64,000 nucleotides of DNA. Source: Octopus vulgaris. Lineage: Eukaryota. Shown here in pieces: positions 1 to 13,632 of this stretch. Under the pieces are notes generated by a model. That model saw nothing but the letters and a program-made list of their open reading frames with translations, had not been told where the DNA came from and ran no database searches. The translations under genes were made by a program, and so were the position numbers. The stretch's first letter is position 1; each line of letters starts with the position of its first letter. The DNA is taken from contig OX597834.1 in the NCBI GenBank assembly GCA_951406725.2, positions 17,732,001 through 17,796,000 on the forward strand, written 5' to 3'.

Positions 1-349
1 TATGTTGATAAGATTAATAGTTTTGCAGTGTTATTTTTAGACTTGGCACAAGTCCAGTAGTTTCAGAAGGTTGCAGTTAATCACAGTAAAAGTAAAATCA
101 AAAGCAAACAAAATAAAAAAAATATCTATAGTTGATATGAACTATATAATACATATCTAAACTATGTCACTAGTAACAGGAATAGAAAACATACTTTAAT
201 GGAAGAGGATAAAACATATTTATAAAGATTAAAACAATACAATTGAAACAAAAAAGTAATGAAAATCCTATTTAATCTCAGTGTTGGATGTTAAAATGAC
301 CGATTAGATAAATTTTAGTTAATTGGTTTACAAAATTTTACTCAAGCCC

Positions 350-567
350 ATAAAGGAAGTTTTATGTGGTTACTTGACCTGCTAGAAATAGCTGCCAGAG
401 CTACCTCAAATTCCACCTTACAGCACACGCAAGTGCACACACACACATACAAAGAAAATTTTAACCAAAGTAATCTCTGGTTTATGAGAAATAAAATTGC
501 CCAGGCCAAAATGTTTTTGGTCATAGACTTGGTCAGCTAGTAGTGACCTAGGACTAAACAACTACAA
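350..567 (+). mobile_element. Degenerate interspersed repeat family E ((CAA)n-like tail)
   Basis: The motif ttgacctgctagaaatagc...ctaaacaac recurs at 63330-63520 (+) and, reverse-complemented, at 16930-17120, 20925-21110 and 50900-51030. Confidence 0.5.
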
Positions 568-1169
568 GGTATTTGGGAGGATAGGAGTATATGTGTAGAG
601 AGTACTCAGCAGCCTAAGGTATGTACATTTTCTCAGGTAACCTAGGTGGGGGCAGGGATAGTGGAGAGAGAGGGAGCAAAATATCAGAAGGGCTAGAATG
701 GGTGACTGGGTGGAAGAAGCAAAGGGATATTAGGCTGTGGAGTTGGTTGAGGAGTGATTGACGAGTTATCTACAGTCAGTCATTGCAACTATGATTGTAC
801 ATGGCTTTGGCATGACTTCATAAACTTTCTCCATACTGGTCGGTTTTTTTTGTTTGTTTTTTGCTTGAGTTTGCCTTTTATTACAGTCAAGTGCTGAATA
901 AATGTAAGAGTAGGTAATAAGATAAAGGCAAGAATAGGTGTTGAATAACAATAGAAGTGACCCTCAGGAACGCGTGCTGGCTGATAGGACAACAGAGCTT
1001 CTTCTGCTTTACAACCAGCCAGCACTCTCAATTACAGTATATTGTGTGAGTGTGTATGGTAGGGATGAAGGTGGTCCAAAGAAGTCTCTTATATATGGTC
1101 ATGTATGCATATATATATATCTTCCACAATGTGAAGGTGATACCAATGCTTTTTTCAAATTATAACATA

Positions 1170-2425
1170 GTAGTACTACCAAATCCAAAGTAAATCAATG
1201 ATGTATACCATAGAGGAAGCACTTGAACCCTATCCAGCCTGAATTTCTACAAAGTTGACCTGAAATCTGTTCAAAAGAGATCCAGAAATAAAATTGGTCC
1301 CAAAATTTCTCTCTACAAAACAATGATGTGAAACTTAAAGAATGTATGTCAATGATGCACAAAAAGGCACACTGAAGCAGGAGATTCAGTTTGGGACAAG
1401 ATCTCAAATTGCTTCAATAAACAACTTAATGACAGCAAGAAGTCTATAAAGGAGAGGGAAGAAAAAGAATCCTGGGCAGTTAAAAATATGAAAAGAAACC
1501 TAGAGGGTTCAAATTTGCTAAAGTGTACACCTTGGTGTGTCACAAGATTGAAGAAAATATGTCACTGATGGCAGATTTCAAAAAGATATGGGAAATACTA
1601 AATAGACAATTCCAAAGTGTTTACACTTGCTTTACTGGAAGATATTCAAATGAATTAACCTCATGAGTTATTGAACACCACAGTTCAGCATAGTGAAGAG
1701 GTAATTATTGATTATAATGACAAAAGAGGAGAATGTGATATTAGCCATTGATGAGATGAGCTTGAACTCAACAAGAAGCCCTGATGGTTTTCCAGCAATT
1801 CTTTTAAAACAATGCAAGAAGGCTTTGACAAAATCTTTGTTGATAGTTTTCCAGAGCTTCCTTGCATATTGCAAACTTCCCAAGCAATTAAAATAAGGTG
1901 TAGTATGTCCTACTTACAAAGGAGGAAGCAGAATAGATTCTAAAAATTACAAGCCTATCTCTCTGATCTCATACATCAGCAAAGTCATGGAACACATTGT
2001 CAGAAGGAAGCTGATCATATTCCAAGAAAAAATATAGTTTGCTCACTGACATGCAACATGGCCACCATCCAGGAAAGAGCTGCTTCACATGGATACTACA
2101 GTATTGCAACTGGGCACTGAATCAGTAGTAGCTCAATCATTTAAATGTGCATATGTCTTGACTTTGCTAAGGCTAAAGTTGATCATGGAATGCTATGTCA
2201 CAAACAATGTAACGTCAGCATAATTGGAAAACTAGGTGAGTTGCTGCATGGCCTTTAAAATGGTAGGAGTCAGGAAGCTGCAGTCGATGGTTCTCTCTGA
2301 GAAGATATCAATTTATAATGGATACTCTGTGAGAACTGTACTAGGATCATTATTGTTTGTGGTGTTTCTCTCAAACATGTCCTCATTGATACACTCAACC
2401 ACTAGCTGTGTCAACAATACAAAAG
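1170..2425 (+). mobile_element. Degenerate CR1-group LINE ORF2 (reverse transcriptase) remnant
   Basis: Disrupted frames read SPDGFPAILLKQC...LPKQLK*GVVCPTYKGGSRIDSKNYKPISLISYISKVMEHIV, QHG..PGKSC, LDFAKA.KVDHG and TVLGSLLFVVFL. Confidence 0.85.
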
Positions 2426-2832
2426 AGCTGAGTAGTGACAGAAAAACAGGGACTGGAGGTGGGATAGAGGTTGCAAGAATGTATGGGCTGAGTGAAGGAT
2501 GGTCAGAGATGGGACATGGATGAAGGTACAGATATAATGAAGAACAAGATTTGAGGAGAGGGAAAACAGGTAAGAGTAGGTGATGACTGTAGAGATTAGG
2601 TAGGATTGAGGGGTGAAAATAATAAAAGGGTAGGGGGATGGCATGATACATATGAGATGGGAAGGTAGGAGAGAATAGATGATGACTGATAATACAGGAG
2701 TTAGAAGTAGCAGAATAGTAATAATACAAGAGGTAGGGGAAGTATGAGAGAGAGAGAGATGTGTAGGTGTTTGGGGAAGAGAGTTAATTTGGTAATATAA
2801 AAAGGTGATTAGGGTAAAGTGTGTGTGTGAGC

Positions 2833-2868
<36 letters not shown>

Positions 2869-2935
2869 TGTGTGTGTGTGTGTGTGTGTGTTGTATGTAT
2901 ATATGTGTGTGTGTGTGTATATATATATGTGTGTA

Positions 2936-3160
2936 TCATCATCATCATCATCATCATCATCGTTTAACGTCCGCTTTCCGCGCTAGCACGGGTTGGACGG
3001 TTTGACCGGGTCTGGGAAGCCAGGGGCCGCTCCAGGCTCCAGTCTGATCTGGCATTTCTACGGCTGGATGCCCTTCCAACGCCATCCGTGAGTGGATTGG
3101 GTGCTTTTTACGTGCCACCTGCACAGGGGCCGGAGGGTCCGCATCGTCACGATCGGATTC
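2936..3160 (-). mobile_element. Family C repeat (RTE-related, (GAT)n tail)
   Basis: On the + strand it reads (cat)n cgtttaacgtccgctttcc...tttctacggctggatgcccttcc. Confidence 0.8.
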
Positions 3161-3179
3161 GAGCATTTTAACGTGTCAG

Positions 3180-3232
<53 letters not shown>

Positions 3233-5218
3233 CACACACCACTTTCATTATCATCATATACAAACATATTAAACAATGTCTTTTACATCCAAAGGCATAT
3301 TCATAAAAAAATATTTGTTTATTGGAAGACAAATTTATTGGAAAATGTAAAACTACCTCGAAACAAATATTTTGAAACATCTTATTTAATTTTAATTTGA
3401 TAAGAACAAATTATATTCTAATTGAAATACATTTTCAATTTGTTTTCAGGCTATCATATTTTTATAAAAGTAATTAGTGCAAATTTGAGAATAGAAAGAT
3501 GAAAACTTTATTTGTAACCAAAACTATGCGTAACACCTCATACATAATGCAGAATGTCTTTATTCGTATATTCAACACAACAGTTTGAATTCTTAATATT
3601 GGTTTCAAATTTTGGCACAAGACCAACAAATTTGGGGAGTTGGGTAAATCAATTACATTGACCCCAGTGCTCAACTGGTACTTATTTTATCGACCTTGAA
3701 AGCAAAATTGTCCTTGGGATTTCCATGGCTGGGCAAATTCTTGTCAGATGAAGGGACATTCTCACTTCATGTTTGCTTGTTACAAATTCAACTTTTTAGA
3801 ATACTTTTGCTGACTTTATACATATATTTTTCACAAGCATGCATTTCTTGTTTGTGTTAAAATCTTGCCTTATTTTGACATCACATAAATTGTGATATTT
3901 GATTCAAATATCAATAAAAAAAATATTACTTTAATCTTTGAAAAATATTGAAATTTCAGAGTAAATATTCCATCTGTGTTTTCAACTAAAGCTTCGTCAG
4001 TTGGTCTTCCAGCCAATGTGTTTCCAACAGATATTCCTAAACCTACTCACCCCACTCCACACATGCTCACACATACTCACGCTCACACACATACTCACGC
4101 TCACACACACACACACGCTCTCTCTCACACACACACACACACACACATTCACATACATGCTCACACACACATTCATGCACTCACACACACACATGCATAC
4201 ATGTGCACATAAATGTATGTATGTGTATATTTTCTTTCTTAATTTTGATGCATAAATCTTCACAACACTGTTTTATAATATAAAATATTTTTTGATAATA
4301 AGATAGGCAATGAAAAAATTTGTTGCAGTATAATAATCTGGTCTTCTTTAGCTGCAAGGTGACCCATCAGTTCGTTGTACTATTCAACTTGTAGCTGAGA
4401 TTGCTTGCTTCTTACAAACTGGATGCAAGATGATAACAGTAGAACTCTTGAATTGTAATCTTAGTTTGAACAAAGGTTATTCTTCTTCTTCAACATGCTA
4501 CCTATCATTGTACCAACCCAGTTCACCATTGAGAAATAAGAATGTAACACATTGGGTCAAGATGACAAGATATATATATGACCCTTGTTGCAGTGGTGTA
4601 TTACTTGATGAATTATCATGTTGATATCCCTTTTCTAGAAGGCTACCTTTTGCAACAATAAACACAGTAGTAATTTCATTACATGAAGCACTTGTTAAAA
4701 AAAAAAAAAAAAAATTGTGCTCTCTTATGTCAAGACCTCATTTGAAGTTCTGGTTTTATTTATGGGAAAGTGTGTTTTCTTCAAGTTGAAGTTCTTGCAA
4801 TTGTCAAACACATATTTTTATATAGTTGTGAAAAATCATAATTTCTTGTGTTGTGCTCATCACATTAAATAAACATGCTGAATTTTGAGATGCTTCCGTC
4901 TGGAAATGTAAAACTTCATTAGCTTCAATAATACAATATCATGTTGGTTGATAATTTTCTGAGCTCAGAGAAGAGAAGGAGAATGATAAAATTTTCTAAA
5001 ACAATAAAATCACTTTCAGGTGCAGTAACTGCAGAACTTATAATTTTGGATATTGTTCCTGAAATTATTAGATTTCTTATTGTTTGCATCAAAGAGTAGT
5101 TTGAATTCATCAGGATAAGGCTATAAATGAGCAAGTTATATTTTACTATAATGGTAACAACAATTTAGAGGCTCATTCCTGAGCCTCAAATTCACACGGT
5201 AAAGATAGTATCTATCTT

Positions 5219-5452
5219 CAAGGCGGCGACCTGGCAGAATCGTTAGCCCGCTGGGCGAAATGCTTAGGGGTATTTCGTCTGCGGCTACGTTCTGAGTTCA
5301 AATTCCGCCGAGGTCGACTTTGCCTTTCATCCTTTCGGGGTCGATAAATTAAGTACCAGTTACGCACTGGGGTCGATATAATTGACTTAATCCCTTTGTC
5401 TGTCCTTGTTTGTCCTCTCTGTGTTTAGCCCCTTGTGGGTAGTAAAGAAATA
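5219..5452 (+). mobile_element. tRNA-derived SINE family A, full-length with TSD (tail variant A1)
   Basis: It has an A box (tggcagaatcg), a B box (gagttcaaattcc) and the central gcctttcatcctttcggggtcgataaattaagtacc (Deu/Nin-like domain). An 18-bp TSD ggtaaag(a/g)tagtatctat lies at 5198-5215 and 5453-5470. Confidence 0.9.
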
Positions 5453-6349
5453 GGTAAAGGTAGTATCTATTCATTTCTCCAATATTATTTGGCTCAACTG
5501 TGACTCATTCACTCTGATATAATATGAAACACCAAACTATCTCCGATAACTTCTTTTTAAAAGAAATTCTCAAATTAAGCAACTGTTCTTTGTTTGTGTT
5601 TTCTTGTTGTACTTGAATCCTTTCATGAAATCTTTCCTGATATTCTGCCTGTTAATCTTCATTCATTTTATTTTGTTGTACCTATCGCTCTTGTCACATA
5701 TAATCAGTTTGTTGTTCACCATTCATGTCTTTCTCAAAGCCTGTTGACTTTCTCATTTGATGCTGTATCTTGCACATTTGTGTTCACTCATGTCAGCTTC
5801 CCTTATCTGTTGATTTTGGTCTTTCTCTTACTTCCTGTCTTTGTTCTTCTCTCTTATTTTGCCTTCTCATTTTTTCTCTTGTTGCTTCAAATCTTCAATT
5901 TTGTTCCACCATAAAAGTTGTTTAAATGGGAAGTGAGAATATAATTAATGTGCAAACATTTTGCAGAGATGTATAAGAGATAATAAAAGATAACAAGAAG
6001 CTGGAGTATCTTTCTTTCTGTTTGCTGCTCCATGAAATTAAAAGTATTTATCTTGCCAAAAGTAAAGTTTTTTTTTCTTCACAAGAATGTGAATATTTTC
6101 CTAGAAAATGAAATTACAAAGGAACAACAAACAGTATTTAACAGTGATAGTAAGGAAAATAGTGGACAGCAGAACACCAGTTGGATAATATATGCATCCA
6201 GTAGGATATTAATTGCTGTGGAACTGTGTAAGATAAAGAAATAAATTAAGCAATGTAGGACAGTATCTCCAAGTAAGAACTGACTCAGACTGTGACAACC
6301 TGTCCAACTCATGCCAGCATTGAAAGCAGACATAAGATGATGATCACAT

Positions 6350-6677
6350 GTGTGTGCTGGAGCATCTCCTTTGAAAGTTTTTTTTAGCCGAAGAAATTGA
6401 CTCCAGAACTGAACTTATTCTTTGTAAGCTTAGTACTTATTCTATTGGTTTTTTTTGCTGAATCACTAAGTTACAGGGATGTAAACACACCAACATCAGT
6501 TGTCAAGTAATGGTGGTACATAAATATATACATAGATATGTGTACGACAGGCTTCTTTCAGTTTCTGTCTACCAAATCCACTCATAGGGCTTTGGTCAGT
6601 CTGAAGCTATAGTAGAAGACACATGGAACTGAACCCAGAACCATGTGGTTGGGAAGCAAGCTTCTAATCACACAGCC
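6350..6677 (-). mobile_element. SINE family B, abutting the truncated mariner
   Basis: Family B on the - strand with an internal deletion. Confidence 0.75.
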
Positions 6678-7175
6678 TGAACAAGCTGCAGCTTGTAGGG
6701 TTTCATTAGCAAGCATTTCCTCAGGATGCGCCAAACTGTTGTTCGAGGAATCTGAGTTTCCAGACTTGTTCTTCTTATGGACTTCTTAGGGGCTTCACAA
6801 GAGTTTTTGGCAAACCCGCTCTTCTGTTTCTTCCAATGTTAGTGGTTGTCCAGATCCTTTTGCCCCGCACAGACAGCCTTCTTCTTTGAATTTTTTGAGC
6901 CATGTCCAAATCTGCAATGCTGTTGGTGGCTTTTTAGAGAACTCTCTCACAAATGCATGCTGCACAGTATTGTTCGACTGTGTTCGAGCATACTCCAACA
7001 CACAAAACCCCTTTTCCAGTGAATGCCATTTCTATACCTGAAAACATAAGCATATCAAACATTAAACATAAAATTTTGACCTGTTTCTACACATGCTGTT
7101 AAAATTTGAAGTCATTTGAACAAGAACTGGCAAAGTTAGATTGTGAAATGATATCAAATTTTTTGAAACACCCTG
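6678..7175 (-). mobile_element. Tc1/mariner DNA transposon, left end plus truncated transposase N-terminus (DUF4817-type HTH)
   Basis: The terminus CAGGGTGTTTCAAAAA begins at 7175 (- strand) next to TA repeats. It translates VLEYARTQSNNTVQHAFVREFSKKPPTALQIWTWLKKFKEEGCLCGAKGSGQP...SPKKSIRRTSLETQIPRTTVWRILRK.LLMKPYKLQLVQA with a stop and a frameshift. Confidence 0.85.
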
Positions 7176-7176
7176 C

Positions 7177-7211
<35 letters not shown>

Positions 7212-7259
7212 TGTATGTATGTATGTATGTATGTATGTATGTATGTATGTATGTATGTA

Positions 7260-7329
<70 letters not shown>
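7177..7329. repeat. Compound microsatellite (ATGT)n(GT)n
   Basis: Directly visible. Many further (TA)n, (CA)n, (CAT)n, (TTA)n and (GA)n tracts occur across the window. Confidence 0.95.
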
Positions 7330-7332
<3 letters not shown>

Positions 7333-7497
7333 GTGTGGCTGTGTGGTAAGAAGCTTGCTTCCCAGCTGCATGGTTCCAGGTACAGTCCCACTGGCACCTT
7401 GGGCAAGTGTCTCCTACTAGAGCCTCAGGCTGACTAAAGGCTTCTGAGTGGATTTGGTTGACGGAGGCTGAAAGAAGCCCATCATATTTATATTCAC

Positions 7498-7529
<32 letters not shown>

Positions 7530-7745
7530 CTATGTGTGTGTGTCTTTGTGCCTGTATTTGTACCCCCACCCCATCACTACTTGACAACTGGTGGTGGTGT
7601 GTTTACTTAACAGTTCAGTAAAAGAGACTGATAGAGTAAGTACTAGGCTTAAGAAATAAGTCCTGGGGTCGATTTGTTCGACTAAAACCCTTCAAGGTGA
7701 TGCTCCAGCTTGGCCACTGTGAAATGACTGAAACAAGTAAAAGAA
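7328..7745 (+). mobile_element. SINE family B
   Basis: Family B head, (TA)n and tail are present. Confidence 0.85.
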
Positions 7746-7868
7746 TAATAGAACATGCACACACACACATATACATATATTTGATGTGTCTCTTTCAGTT
7801 TCTGTTTACTGTTGACAAGTCTTTGGTCATCTGGGGCAAGACACTTACCCAAGGTATCTATCCATATC

Positions 7869-7908
<40 letters not shown>

Positions 7909-7910
<2 letters not shown>

Positions 7911-8470
7911 CATCATCATCATCATTGTTTAATGTCTGTTGTCCTTGCAGGCGTGTGTTGAACAGTTTGACTGGGCTGGAAGGCTGTACCAGACTCCAGT
8001 CTGATTTGGCATGGTTTTCTATGGCTGGATGCCCTTTCTAATGCCAACCACTCTGAGAGTGTAATGGGTGCTTTTACATGTCATTTGTGTGACACTGGGG
8101 TGCTTTTATGTGCCACCAGCATGAATGCATATTTGCATGACATCAGTATCTGCCACAACTGAAATTTTCCTTGGCTTCTCAAGCATAACATAATGCCAAA
8201 GGTCTTGGTCATTGCCTCTGTGAGGCCCAACACTTGATAGGAACTCAGTCACTTTGCCTCTGTGAGGCCTAACACACGAAAGGTATTCTTCACATGCCAC
8301 CAGCACGGGTGCACTTGGCTTGACGGATCCTCTCAAGTACAGCCCATTGTCAAAGGTCTTGGTCACTAGTAATTGCTTCTGTGAGGCTCAAAGTTTGAAG
8401 ATCATGCTTCACCACCTCACCCCATGTCTTCCTAGGTCTACCTCGACCACAGGTTCCCTCCACAGTTCTA
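7909..8470 (-). mobile_element. RTE LINE 3' end joined to a family-C (GAT)n-tailed repeat
   Basis: The - strand reads GTCGRGRPRKTW...HDLQTLSLTEA with duplicated segments. It continues into the ttggcattagaaagggcatccagcc motif and a (GAT)n tail. Confidence 0.7.
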
Positions 8471-8972
8471 GGCCTGTTTCTTAGCTCTTATGGCCCTGTC
8501 TACTGCATTGTTCTACCACCACATTACCCTAATTCTGGATGGGACTTTGCACCAGCCACATATTTGGTTTGTGGCACTCAGCAAGCTGTCACTCAAGAAT
8601 TCCCAGTTGCCCTCTATGTCACAAGTCTGTAGCTCCTTCTCCCTTTCATCGAATTTTTCATATATTCATATATATTCTCATTAGACTGTGACCATGTTGG
8701 GGCACCAGTTTGCAGGAGTTTGGTCAAATGAATTGACCTCAGTACTTGTTTTATTTAAGCCTGGTACTTAATCTATCAGTCCCTTTTGCCAAACTTCTCA
8801 GTTATGGGCATGTAAACAGACCAACACCAGTTGTCAAGCTGTGGTGTTAGACAAACACAGATGTACATTTATATATATATATATATAAATTACAATAACA
8901 AAGGATAAAATTTAAAAAGATTTTATCAATGGCCAGCATATAAAAAGACCGATTAAGGTGAAATTGTACATC

Positions 8973-9180
8973 TAATTATAAATAAGGGTGTAGAAATGAA
9001 AATTTCTAGCCTATATGCTGAAAAATAGATGCCAAATCATCTCACCACTTAAGTTACAAATTACACGTGTTCGAATTCAACACATGTAATTTGTGACTTT
9101 TTATGTGGTGAGATGATTTGATGTCTATTTTTCTTCATACAGGCTAGAAAATTTCATTTCTATGCCCTTATTTATAATTA
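8973..9180. repeat. Long near-perfect palindrome (~100-bp arms)
   Basis: It runs taattataaataagggtgtagaaatgaaaatttctagcct ... aggctagaaaatttcatttctatgcccttatttataatta, centred on gaattc at 9073-78. Confidence 0.9.
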
Positions 9181-9356
9181 TATATGTATATATATATATG
9201 TGTGTGTGTACACAATGGGCTTCTTTCTATTTATGTTTACCAAATTCACTTACAAAGCTTTGGTTGGCCTTCAGTAGGGCTGAACCCAGAAATGTGTGGT
9301 TGGAAAGCAAACTTCTTACCACACAGCCAGCATACAGTATTTTTATCCTTTCTTAA

Positions 9357-9577
9357 CCCTTTCGTTACCAACCCGGCTGAAACCGGCTCTGGCTCTGTAG
9401 TACAAATGACTTGTTTTCACAAGTTTTGTATTAAAATCTTCCACCAAACCTTAGTCACAATTAATGTTCCTCACACTAGCTTAATGATAACTAAGTTATT
9501 TTACTAAATTCTTTGTTATGTCTAAAATAATTGAAAGATACATAGAGTATCTCAAAATAAATACAGTAATGAAAGGG
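9357..9577. mobile_element. piggyBac-like MITE
   Basis: The structure is TTAA|ccctttcgttac ... gtaatgaaaggg|TTAA. Confidence 0.8.
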
Positions 9578-10359
9578 TTAAATCACTTGAAAATTCTTAG
9601 AACTGGCATTAAGTATAATTTCTGCAGTGATGATCAGAAGGAAGAGAAATGTCTTGTAAGAAAAGAAACTAGGAAATTAGTAGTGAATGAGGACAAGAAG
9701 ATTGAAATATCATTTCTAGAGACACAGTGAAGTACCAACAATAGGATATGCATTACTAATTTAAGAGTTTCTGTCTTAAACTGCAATGAGTAGATGTAAA
9801 AAAAAAAATATTTTTATCTTTTTAATTTACTAGATATTGATCTTCTTCACTAATTTTTTTTATATTGGTGGGATAACTTGAAGAGGTCAAAAGATCTGTC
9901 TGGTTGGACATTACTGGTTGGCATAATTACTTTAATAGTATCAATATCATGGATAACACAGCATCCTCAAGTATCTGGTGGACTAATTTTCGTTTTTCAT
10001 CCTTTGGCTTATTTTCTTCTCTTTAGTAAATTCAATAGGTGTTATCTGATATGAGATCAACCTAAGTAGGCTAGAACTGGAGTATTTATGGATTATAGTT
10101 ACATTTAAATGTTGGAAAATAAGCCTTACATTTAAGCCTAACAGATCAATTTTGTGTGAGGTTGGTTTTTAACTAAACTGACTCAAGTTTCTTCTTTATA
10201 ATGAATAACATCAGTTGGTGAAATTAAATATTTTTGAAAATTAAATTGATACTAATTCTTACAAGGTTTTCTGTTTTTTTTTTTTTTTTTTGCCAGTTTT
10301 GAAAGTAAAGGATGGGATTTAGCTAATTGAAATAAGCTAATGATATTACTGATACATTT

Positions 10360-10555
10360 AAGGTGATGAGCTGGCAGAATCATTAGCATGCTGGGCAAAA
10401 TGCTTAGCAGCATTTCATCTGTCTTTATGCTCTGAGTGCCTCTCATCCTTTTGGGGTTGACAAAATAAATACCAGTTGAGTACTGGAGTTGATGTAATCG
10501 ACTTATTCCTTGCTCCAAAATTCCTGGCCTTGTGCCAAAATTCGAAATGAATATT
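10360..10555 (+). mobile_element. SINE family A (tail A2)
   Basis: It has the family A head and core, with the tail ggccttgtgccaaaattcgaaa. Confidence 0.8.
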
Positions 10556-11511
10556 ATTGTTCAAAGTGATGTAAAGCACGGTAAAAATAATCAGAGATTT
10601 AAACTTGGAGAAGGCGGAAACTAAAGCTTTTAGTCTAGTGCTCTATTATTTCTGTAAACTCAGCGTCCTTGCTTTATAATAGAATATTAAAACAGTGAAT
10701 ATTTTTGCAATTAGCCAATGATCATTAAAACTATATTTATGCTAATCCATTGGTGAGCTAAGTTTGTGATTTAGCATCCATTCCTATCTGTAACCAGTTC
10801 TATGAGTTCAGTTACATGACTATTATGCCCAAGAAAATTTTTTAAATTATGATACACAACCTTATATTGAACTTTGGGACTTGTTTTTAAGTTAAGGTTT
10901 ATGATTTTGTATCTTACAAAGTTTGATAACTAAATGCAAATATTAAACGGTAATAATTAAAATAGTTTACACAGCACCACTTTTCTGTGATAGTTTGAAT
11001 TGTTGAACTACTCATGAGGATAATTCTATGAAGAAATTCTCAAAATACATGCATTTCACTTCTCAAAGAAATATATAATGTTATGAAATAAATAGTCAAA
11101 TTGTTCATCAAATTAAATATCATCATCATTTAATGTCCACTTTCCATGCTTGCATGAGTCAGATGAAATTTGTTGAAGCAGATTTTCTACAGCGACATAC
11201 CCTTACTGTCACTAACCCTCACCTGTTTTTAAGCAAGATTATATCTTCTGTGGCCAGACACATGTTTTTACCTTCAAAGACTGGAAACAAACAACATTGC
11301 TTGCATAATGGTGATACTCGTTTACAACTATCACATGTCAAGACAAGACACACACACACACACACATACACACAGAGGCTTCTTTCAGTTTTCATCTGCT
11401 AATCCACTTACAAGGCTTACACCTGCCCAAAGTGTTATGCCGTGGGGCTTCTTAACCATACAGCCATGCCAATGTCTTATATATATATTATTATAATATA
11501 TGATAATAATT

Positions 11512-11653
11512 ATATTGTTATATTTCGGAATGGTCATTTTGCCAGTTTAGCCAATAAAAATGCACACACTATATATTTGGTGTTATTTTGCTTCAGTGTT
11601 ATTTATTTTATTGGCTAAACTGGCAAACTGACCATTCCGAAATATAACAATAT
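11512..11653. repeat. Inverted repeat with ~48-bp arms
   Basis: The arms are atattgttatatttcggaatggtcattttgccagtttagccaataaaa and its reverse complement, with 1 mismatch. Confidence 0.9.
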
Positions 11654-11723
11654 CTGTTTCAACACATGACTTCTCATAAAAAATCTTGCACAACAAATAT
11701 ACAATAATTATATTATTATTATT

Positions 11724-11767
<44 letters not shown>

Positions 11768-12529
11768 TTATATATTTTCAAACTCTTAAACTTCCGGCTT
11801 TGTAACTCTTCAAAGAAGTGTTTCTATATAATACATATATTTATAGTTTTGTGGAATTTTCCCATAGGATTTATATGTTTAAACTCTCTTAAGAATTATA
11901 TGCTAATGACATCAGCATTAAACACCGTGAGAAAGATGTACTTCATTTAAATATCTCACTTGATTAAACATGTATCTGTATGGTATTGGGGTGGTGTGAT
12001 GTAATTGCTATAGATGTTTTAATCAATAAAATAATCATACTTCTCATAATATCTGATAAAGAAAATATGACTGATTTAAAACAGATTAAAGCATTCATCA
12101 ATATATCTAACCATACTCTAGTTTACGGCGAAGGACTATTATTGAAGAATTCATTGTCCTGTAAGGAAAATTTTCACCTTGACTTTCCAAGTCACTTTGA
12201 ACATTATTGTACAAGCTGAGAAATGCAGTGCAGATGTATTCTTCCTTATAATATAATAAAAAATCTTTGTGAAAGGCAGTTACATGCAAGCATGATTGAA
12301 ATGTGTTTAATTCAAAATAAGTTCACATGAGTGTTATCAGCTTTTAGATAGCTCTGAGTATTGTAATACACATCATCGATGATGTAGGTAAACTTTAATG
12401 AATATAACTCAGATGGTCTTGTAAGGAATTCTCACTTGGTTGTAGATTTTGTGAACTGAAAACTTATTTTGCTGAAGTGCTCATCTTAATAATCACAAGA
12501 AATTGATAATAAAATGTGTAATAGAGGTA

Positions 12530-12914
12530 GGCGCAGGAGTGGCTGTGTGGTAAGTAGCTTATTTACCAACCACATGGTTCCAGGTTCAGTCCCACTGTGT
12601 GGCACCTTGGGCAAGTGTCTTCTACTATAGCCTCGGGCCGACCAATGCCTTGTGAGTGGATTTGGTAGACGGAAACTGAAAGAAGCCCATCATATATATG
12701 TATATATATGTATGTGCATGTATGTTTGTGTGTCTGTGTTTGTCCCCCTAGCATTGCTTGACAACCGATGCTAGTGTGTTTATGTCCCTGTCACTTAGCG
12801 GTTTGGCAAAAGAGACCGATAGAATAAGTACTGGGCTTACAAAGAATAAGTCCCGGGGTCGAGTTGCTCGATTAAAGGCAGTGCACCAGCATGGCCGCAG
12901 TCAAAATGACTGAA
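12530..12914 (+). mobile_element. tRNA-derived SINE family B, full-length (head, internal microsatellite, tail)
   Basis: It runs ggcgcaggagtggctgtgtggtaag...ggttcagtcccact...ccttgggcaagtg...gtgagtggatttggtagacggaaactgaaagaagccc, then TA/TG repeats, then the tail gcatggccgcagtcaaaatgactgaaa. Confidence 0.9.
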
Positions 12915-13416
12915 ATCACGTAGTCTTTCATTGTCTTTAGCTGTTATATTCATTTAGACTAGCTCTCAAAGGATGAGCCACAAATCATCATTTCTTCATC
13001 CATTTCCTCAACTAATTAACCACAAATGCTGCTTTTCTTCCTCTGACAAAAGCACAAATTTATTGTAGTATTTGTCTCTCTTTACATTCCGAGTTCAAAC
13101 CCCACTAGGGTTGACTTTGCCATTCATCCTTCTGCATTCAACAAAATAAGTGCCTGTATTATTACTGAAGGGACATTATTACCATGCCTTACTCCCAAAA
13201 TATGTGACCTTGTGTCTACTTTAAATATTATTAATTTCTAAGGGAGGTTGGTTGATTGAGACATTTGACTCTAAAACATTGAATTCTAAAAATATATATA
13301 TTAGCAACAGAAGTAGTATTAATACCAAAGGACAATCTTTATATCCAACTTAATGTGGATTTTTTTTTAGAGTGTTGAATACTGCAGTATTTGCCTTGAT
13401 AAGTTATTTCATATAT

Positions 13417-13632
13417 GTTTCTTTATTATTCACAAGGGGCTAAACACAGAGGGGACAAACAAGGACAAACGGATTAAGTCGATTACATCGACCCCAGTGC
13501 GAAACTAGTACTTTATTTATCGACCCCGAAAGGATGAAAGACAAAGTCAACCTCGGCAGAATTTGAACTCAGAACGTAACGACAGACGAAATACCGTTAA
13601 GCATTTCACCCGGCGTGCTAACGATTTTGCCA
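13417..13632 (-). mobile_element. SINE family A (tail A1)
   Basis: Reverse complement of the 5219-5452 element. Confidence 0.85.

Noticed and set aside
5219-5310. tRNA gene
   Set aside because: The A and B boxes belong to a SINE head. There is no clean cloverleaf, and it continues into a repeated core and tail with a TSD.
7062-7437. HT/CV/YI-repeat ORFs here and at 2805, 3976, 18477 and 52920
   Set aside because: These are microsatellite artefacts.
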